Sequence record: DRR378314_916
DNA length: 64,000 bases
Strand: one strand, 5' to 3'
Shown here: positions 58,375 to 64,000 of the stretch, in pieces
Layout of the letters: every line of letters starts with the position of its first letter
How positions within the stretch are numbered: the stretch's first letter is position 1
Position numbers and translations under genes: made by a program
The notes under the pieces: model-generated
The model's database searches: none
Told to the model about the DNA's origin: nothing
The model's input: the letters and a program-made list of their open reading frames with translations, nothing else

Positions 58375-59409
58375 TCAAGATGGCAGCACACCCAGCGCGC
58401 GGACCGACTGCCACACATCATCCACGCTCAGTTCGGCCAGCGTCGGCGCGGAATTGATGATGATCGTCTTCGCGCCGCGCGGGGCGGCATGGTCGGGATT
58501 GCTCTCTGTCAGGGCGAACAGGGCGACGCCGGGCGCCCCGGCAATCGCGGCCATGTGCATCGGGCCGGTATCATTGCCCACGACAAACAGCGCCTTCTCC
58601 GCAAGGGTCACGATCTGGAACAGGTCCGTGCGCGTGGTCAGGCTTTTGGTGCGTGGTTCCTTTCGCACGATCTCATGGGCCAATTGGCCCTCGGCCTTGC
58701 CGCCAATGATGACCGGCGTGATGCCCGCATCTGCAACCCGTTTCGCCAGTTCAGCATAGTTCTCGACCGGCCAGCGCTTTGCCTCCCGATGGGCGGAAGC
58801 GCCGGGAATCAGCAGCATGTAGGGTTCTTCCAGGCTGAAATAGGCCGGCTGAAGGCGCGGCGCATCTCTCAGCTTCGGGCGCACCCAGGACAGGTCCGGC
58901 TTGGGCGCGCTATTGCCCAGCCAGCGGCCATCCGGTGCGACGCCCGCCACTTCCAGCTGCTCGGCCAGACGGTCAATTGAGTGCATCGTCTTGCGCTCGG
59001 CATTGTCATGAAAGAAGGCCGCCTTCTCATGATGGCCGGACCAGAGCGGTGCCTTGCCGGTCTTGTTCAAGGCAGTGAAATAATTCTTCGTCCGGCCGCT
59101 GGTCTGGAAATCATAAATGATATCGTACCTTGCCTTGCGAATGCGCGAGATCAGAGCCGCCGTGGCCTTCATCGTTTCCGGGCGACCATCCGTCTCCACG
59201 GCATCGACATAGGGGCAAAGCTCGGCAAATCCCTTGTAGGGCGGCGTGGTCAGCAGCGTGATGCGCGCTTTCGGGTGATGCTCACGCACAGCTTTCATCG
59301 CGCCGAGGGCCAGCACGAAATCGCCCAGCGCGCTGAGCTTGATCACAAGAACATTCTCGGCAGCCTCGCCCGGATTGACCGGACTGGCCGATTTGACCGA
59401 TTTCGCCAT
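58375..59409 (-). CDS. GT9 glycosyltransferase (heptosyltransferase-like)
   Basis: IKLSALGDFV, IPGAS..AKRWP, GNDTGPMHMAA. Confidence 0.92.
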   Translation of the reverse strand: MAKSVKSASPVNPGEAAENVLVIKLSALGDFVLALGAMKAVREHHPKARITLLTTPPYKGFAELCPYVDAVETDGRPETMKATAALISRIRKARYDIIYDFQTSGRTKNYFTALNKTGKAPLWSGHHEKAAFFHDNAERKTMHSIDRLAEQLEVAGVAPDGRWLGNSAPKPDLSWVRPKLRDAPRLQPAYFSLEEPYMLLIPGASAHREAKRWPVENYAELAKRVADAGITPVIIGGKAEGQLAHEIVRKEPRTKSLTTRTDLFQIVTLAEKALFVVGNDTGPMHMAAIAGAPGVALFALTESNPDHAAPRGAKTIIINSAPTLAELSVDDVWQSVRALGVLPS

Positions 59410-59426
59410 TCGGGCCTCGATTTCCC

Positions 59427-60587
59427 CTATTCCAGCAAGGTCTTATAGACCCCGAGGGTCGCGGCCTGAAGCCCCCGTTTTGAGTAATGTTGCCGAATAT
59501 GCTGCTGACCGGCCCGTCCCATGCCATCCCGGGCCAGCGGACCGACCGACAACAACGCCCGGATCGCCCCCGCCAGCGACTGCGCATTGCCCGGCTCGAC
59601 CCGCGCGCCGGTCTCCCCTTCGATCACTGTTTCGCGCCCGCCGCCATGATCTGAGACGATCACCGGCTTTGCCATCGCAGACGCCTCCGCCGCCACACGC
59701 CCGAAGGCTTCGGGCCGCACGGAGGGGGCCAGCACAATATCGCTCGCCAGATAGGCCGCCGGCATGTCCGAAATATGCTCCGACATGATCACACCGCGGT
59801 CGAGCCCATGCGCGACCACAGCCTGTTCCAGCCGCTCGACATAGCCCTTGCGCCCCTGTGCATCACCCGCCAGCACAAGCACCAGCTTTTCCCGCTCGTC
59901 TGGCGCCAGCATCGCCAACGCCTCAATGGCGACCAATTGGCCTTTCCATTCCGTCAGCCGTCCTGGCAGCAACAGGATCATGCGTGGATCGTCCACCAGG
60001 CCGAGCCCCTCGCGAATGGCTTTCACCCGCGCCACTGGCACCGCGGTCGGGTCGAATGCCTCAAGGTCCACGCCGCGCGGAATGGTGACAACCTTCTCAA
60101 ACGGCACGCCATGCTCTGTCTTCACATGCTCGGCAATCCATTGCGAATTCGCGATCACCAGATCCCCCTTCGCCATGACGGAATTGTACCGCTTCTTCAG
60201 CTTGGTCTTGCCGGAATAGGCGCCGTGATAGGTGGTGACAAAGGGCACGCCCATCGCCTGCGCAGCCCAATAGGCGCTCCAGGCTGGCGCGCGCGAACGG
60301 GCATGGACCAGATCCACATGCTCCTGCGCGATCAGGCGCTTCAACTTGCCCTCATTCAGTTTCAACGTGATCGGATTCTTGGATTTCGCGTCCATCCGGA
60401 TCAGTTCCCCGCCCAGCGCCTCGAACGCCGCTTCCTGCCGTCCGCCCCGGCTGGCCAGCAACGCGCGCCCGCCCGCCTGAATGATGGCTTCGGTGACTTC
60501 CAGCACAGTCCGCTCTACCCCACCGGCAGAGAGTTCCGGGGCCACTTGCAGGATGGTCTTGCCGGTCAGGTCCGGAAAATCGGGCAA
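59427..60587 (-). CDS. GT4 glycosyltransferase
   Basis: GGVERT, HARSRAPAW, PGRLTEWKG, PEAFGRVAAEA. Confidence 0.92.
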   Translation of the reverse strand: MPDFPDLTGKTILQVAPELSAGGVERTVLEVTEAIIQAGGRALLASRGGRQEAAFEALGGELIRMDAKSKNPITLKLNEGKLKRLIAQEHVDLVHARSRAPAWSAYWAAQAMGVPFVTTYHGAYSGKTKLKKRYNSVMAKGDLVIANSQWIAEHVKTEHGVPFEKVVTIPRGVDLEAFDPTAVPVARVKAIREGLGLVDDPRMILLLPGRLTEWKGQLVAIEALAMLAPDEREKLVLVLAGDAQGRKGYVERLEQAVVAHGLDRGVIMSEHISDMPAAYLASDIVLAPSVRPEAFGRVAAEASAMAKPVIVSDHGGGRETVIEGETGARVEPGNAQSLAGAIRALLSVGPLARDGMGRAGQQHIRQHYSKRGLQAATLGVYKTLLE

Positions 60588-60642
60588 GGCGAATTCCCTC
60601 CACTCGCTTGACAGGCGAAACAGATGGAGGAACGGGAGAGGA

Positions 60643-61401
60643 ATGACAACGTCCTATTTCACCTCACCCGAAGGCCGACGCCTTGCCTATCGCGCCACGG
60701 CCCCTTCCCGATCCGGTCTCACCTTTGTCTGGCTGTCCGGCTTCAAATCCGACATGAGCGGCACCAAGGCCACCGAGCTGGAAAGCTGGGCCATTGAAGC
60801 CGGGCACGGCTTTCTCGGCTTTGACTATTCCGGTCATGGCGAGTCCGATGGCGCATTCGAGGACGGCACCATCTCTGACTGGCGCGCCGATGCGCTCGCC
60901 GCAATCGACGCGCACAGCGCCGGGCCGGTCGTTCTGGTCGGCTCCAGTATGGGCGGTTGGATGGCGCTGCTCTCTGCCCTCGCCCGCAAGGACCGCGTGG
61001 CGGGACTCGTCCTGATCGCGCCCGCGCCGGACTTTACCGAAAAACTGATGTGGCCGGAATTCTCCGCCGAGGCGCAGGCCGAGATCATGGAAAAAGGTTT
61101 CACGCTGCGCCCGTCCGATTATGACGAGCCCTACACCATCACCCGCGCCCTGATCGAGGATGGCCGCACCTGGCAGATCCTGGACGCGCCGATCGAACTG
61201 AATGTGCCGGTACGCATTCTCCAGGGCATGCAGGATGTGGATGTTCCGTGGAAACATGCCGAACGGCTGGTCACCGCAATCACGAGCGACGACCTCGTCT
61301 TTACCCTGATAAAGGATGGTGACCACCGCCTGTCACGCGATCAGGACATTGCGCGACTGAAAACGACTTGCGGCGATATTGCGGCGGCGCTCATCGACTG
61401 A
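60643..61401 (+). CDS. alpha/beta hydrolase
   Basis: GFKSDMSGTKA, DYSGHGES, GSSMGG, DGDHRLSR. Confidence 0.92.
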   Translation: MTTSYFTSPEGRRLAYRATAPSRSGLTFVWLSGFKSDMSGTKATELESWAIEAGHGFLGFDYSGHGESDGAFEDGTISDWRADALAAIDAHSAGPVVLVGSSMGGWMALLSALARKDRVAGLVLIAPAPDFTEKLMWPEFSAEAQAEIMEKGFTLRPSDYDEPYTITRALIEDGRTWQILDAPIELNVPVRILQGMQDVDVPWKHAERLVTAITSDDLVFTLIKDGDHRLSRDQDIARLKTTCGDIAAALID

Positions 61402-61419
61402 CCTTTCCCCGAGTTAATC

Positions 61420-61444
61420 GGAACAATGGCCGCGGCCAAACATT
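61420..61444 (+). promoter_or_regulatory. putative EcfG/SigT general stress promoter
   Basis: GGAAC-N16-CATT upstream of a PfpI-family gene. Confidence 0.55.
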
Positions 61445-61536
61445 GATTTTGTGCAGGACGGGATGATCCGTCCGCCCGCGCTCCCTCACCACGGGTCGCA
61501 GCGTGGTTGCAACACAAGATCAAGGAGACATGCTTC

Positions 61537-62115
61537 ATGTCAAACCAACGCGCACAAGGTCGAAAAATGGCAATCCTCGCCGCAGACGGTTTTGAGGAAA
61601 TCGAGCTGACCAGCCCGAAGGAAGCCATTGAATCCGCAGGCGGTGAAACCAGAATCGTATCGATGGAAAAAGGCTTCATCCACGCCAACCAGCACCGCGA
61701 GCACGGCGACAAATACAAAGTTGACCTCTCGCTGGACGAGGCCAAGGCGGAAGACTTCGACGCGCTGCTTATCCCCGGCGGCCTGTTCAGCCCGGACGCT
61801 CTGCGCACGAACGAGACGGCGAAGCAATTTGTATCGGACTTCTTCAATCAGAAGAAACCTGTCTTCTCCATCTGCCACGGCCCACAAGTCCTGATCTCAG
61901 CGAATTTGGTCAATGGCCGCGAGGTCACCGGATTCCCGGCGATCCAGCAGGATCTGAAGAACGCAGGCGGTATCGTCAGAGACGAATCCGTCGTGGTCGA
62001 TGGCGGACTGGTCACCTCCCGCTCCCCGGACGATCTGGGAGATTTCAACGCGAAGATCGTTGAAGAAATCTGTGAAGGCAAGCACGAGCGCCAGCGCGAC
62101 TCGGTCACCGCATAA
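61537..62115 (+). CDS. PfpI/DJ-1 family protein (type 1 glutamine amidotransferase-like)
   Basis: DGFEEIEL, IPGG, ICHGPQVL, TSRSPDDL; AAGGAG RBS. Confidence 0.93.
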   Translation: MSNQRAQGRKMAILAADGFEEIELTSPKEAIESAGGETRIVSMEKGFIHANQHREHGDKYKVDLSLDEAKAEDFDALLIPGGLFSPDALRTNETAKQFVSDFFNQKKPVFSICHGPQVLISANLVNGREVTGFPAIQQDLKNAGGIVRDESVVVDGGLVTSRSPDDLGDFNAKIVEEICEGKHERQRDSVTA

Positions 62116-62137
62116 CAGAAACGAATCCCCTTGACCT

Positions 62138-62162
62138 GCCCCCTCTTAATGAGGGGGCTTTT
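62138..62162 (+). terminator. intrinsic terminator after the PfpI gene
   Basis: GCCCCCTC-TTAAT-GAGGGGGC-TTTT. Confidence 0.8.
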
Positions 62163-63017
62163 CTATGCTCCGTCCTCTGATTTCCAGACGGCCGCCAACC
62201 CCTCCCGATAGGTCGGGAATGCCGGTTGCCAGCCAAGCGCAGACTTTGCCCGCGCATTCGAGACGCGCTTGCATTCCGCGTAGAAACTCCGTGCCATCGG
62301 GCTCAGCCCTGCCTCTTCGAATGGCACTTCCGGGGGCGGCGCAATGCCCATCAAGTCGGCCGCATAGGCAGTCACATCCTGCGGCGGCGCAGGCAAATCA
62401 TCGCACAGATGGAAGATGCCGTGCAGATTCGGCCGTTCAAACAGCGCGTCCAGTCCGCTCGCAATATCGTCGACATGCACGCGAGAGAACACCTGTCCCG
62501 GCTTCACCGCACGATGCGCCTTGCCGTCCCGCAATTTCTGGAAGGGAGACCGCCCCGGCCCATAAATGCCTGGCAGGCGGACAATCCGCGCCGCGCCGTC
62601 CGTCGAGTCCATCCATTGCCGTTCTGCCAGAACGCGCGCGCGGGCGCGGTCAGATCCCGGATTGACCGGACTCCACTCCATCGCCCAGCCGCCATTGAGG
62701 TCTCCATAGACACCCGTTGTGGAGAGATAGGTAACGCTGGCCGCGCCGGGCTCAGCGTAGGTCGCCGCACGCGCGGCGGGGCAGCCGTCTGCATCCGGCG
62801 GCAAGGTGACCAGCCAGTGCGCGCCTTCGGGAATGTCCGGCAGGCCTTGCCCGTCCCAGACCTGCGCGGCGATACCATCTGCTTTCAAGGCCGCCGCCTT
62901 TTCTGCGCTGCGAACGGTGCCCGCAACGCCAATTCCACGGGATTTCAGCCGCCCTGCCAGCTTCAGGGCGCTATAGCCCAGCCCGAAAACAAAAAGCAGA
63001 GATGTCGTATCTGTCAT
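62163..63017 (-). CDS. NAD-dependent epimerase/dehydratase-like atypical SDR
   Basis: FGLGYS, YLSTTGVYGD, RLPGIYGPGR, FSRVHVDD. Confidence 0.9.
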   Translation of the reverse strand: MTDTTSLLFVFGLGYSALKLAGRLKSRGIGVAGTVRSAEKAAALKADGIAAQVWDGQGLPDIPEGAHWLVTLPPDADGCPAARAATYAEPGAASVTYLSTTGVYGDLNGGWAMEWSPVNPGSDRARARVLAERQWMDSTDGAARIVRLPGIYGPGRSPFQKLRDGKAHRAVKPGQVFSRVHVDDIASGLDALFERPNLHGIFHLCDDLPAPPQDVTAYAADLMGIAPPPEVPFEEAGLSPMARSFYAECKRVSNARAKSALGWQPAFPTYREGLAAVWKSEDGA

Positions 63018-63079
63018 TTGCGCTGGCCGCTCCTGTCGGGTCTAAGACCCCGTACTACAGTTTCCGGAGCCTTTGATCC

Positions 63080-63760
63080 ATGTCCATCCTTGCCCTGGCC
63101 GTTGCTTCCTTCGCCTTGTCGCAATCTGCAGCCAGCGCCACAGTCGACACGCGCGAGGCAGAACGGCTGAAGGCGTGTGTCGCCAAAATCGAGGTGGACG
63201 CTGAAGAAGCCTATGAGGATGGGCTCGTCTGGACCTATCAGGGCAACCGCCCCGGCGCGCGCCAGTGCACCGCCCTCGCCCTGATCGCGCTGGGCCGTGA
63301 GGATGAAGGGGCGGCGCGCCTTGAACAACTCGCCAACTCCGTGGATGGCGGAACGATAGAGCAACGCGCCGAATACCTGACCCAATCGGGCAATGCCTGG
63401 CTTCAGGCCGGCGCACCGGAAGCGGCCATCGTGACGTTCACCAACGCACTGAAACTGAAGCCCGGCGTGCCGGATCTTCTGGTCGACCGCGCCAGCGCGC
63501 ATTTGATGCTCGGCAATTGGGAAGATGCCAAATCTGATCTCGACAGTGCCCTGTCACGCGCGCCAAGCATGGCCATTGCGCGCCAGCTTCGCGCCGAAGC
63601 CCATCTCAATCTCGACCAGCTGGACCTCGCCATGACGGATATAGACGCCGCCATGGCTGCCGATCCGGAAAACATCGACACGCTGGTCCTGCGTGGGCGT
63701 GTGCGCGAGGCCATTCGCCTGTCCGAAGTGCGTGTACTCAGCCCGGATATTGTGGACTGA
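63080..63760 (+). CDS. tetratricopeptide repeat protein
   Basis: signal peptide, repeated TPR-like helices (ALKLKP, ALSRAP, AMAADP). Confidence 0.85.
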   Translation: MSILALAVASFALSQSAASATVDTREAERLKACVAKIEVDAEEAYEDGLVWTYQGNRPGARQCTALALIALGREDEGAARLEQLANSVDGGTIEQRAEYLTQSGNAWLQAGAPEAAIVTFTNALKLKPGVPDLLVDRASAHLMLGNWEDAKSDLDSALSRAPSMAIARQLRAEAHLNLDQLDLAMTDIDAAMAADPENIDTLVLRGRVREAIRLSEVRVLSPDIVD

Positions 63761-63769
63761 GTTTCAGTC

Positions 63770-64000
63770 CTATTCCGGCTCTGGCAGAGCCATCAGGCCC
63801 CGGGCGGCCATCCATCCCACGAACTGGTCAAACCAGGCGTCCGCTGTTGCGCCGCGCTTGTACGATCCGAAACCGTGTCCCCCATTTTCATAGAAATGCA
63901 GCTCGACCGGCTTGCCTGCGGCGACCCATGAATCGACGAGGCCAAAGCCCTGCCGCCCGAACAGGGAATCATCCGCCGCCAGAGCGGTAAACAGCGGCGG
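63770..64000 (-). CDS. alpha/beta hydrolase, C-terminal part (truncated by window end)
   Basis: own translation: PPLFTALAADDSLF...PVELHFYENGGHGFG...PEPE*. Confidence 0.8.
   Translation of the reverse strand, partial: PPLFTALAADDSLFGRQGFGLVDSWVAAGKPVELHFYENGGHGFGSYKRGATADAWFDQFVGWMAARGLMALPEPE

Overview
This is a GC-rich alphaproteobacterial chromosomal window. Gene content and order (class I lysS, putA, pheS/pheT, rpmI-rplT, infC with a non-AUG start, fused indolepyruvate oxidoreductase) suggest Hyphomonadaceae/Caulobacterales, which is an inference. It is mostly core and metabolic genes: ATP-dependent DNA ligase, HU, two MscS channels, lipid/redox enzymes, putA, a phosphate-related group (GT4, pstS, phoR-like kinase), ornithine decarboxylase, murI, an RND efflux operon, peptidases, bfd-bfr and the translation cluster. 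I saw no transposase, integrase, CRISPR array, rRNA or tRNA. The most interesting unexplained signals are largely non-coding: (1) a ~280 nt multi-hairpin candidate ncRNA between the S10 peptidase and infC; (2) a three-hairpin leader that occludes the RBS of ornithine decarboxylase; (3) a 10-bp-phased GCGACA array upstream of bfr; (4) three 18-bp operators before a membrane protein/XRE pair. Two coding oddities are an unknown Cys-motif gene inside pheS-pheT and an AT-rich orphan gene next to lysS. All product calls come from motif recognition by eye; no database search was run.
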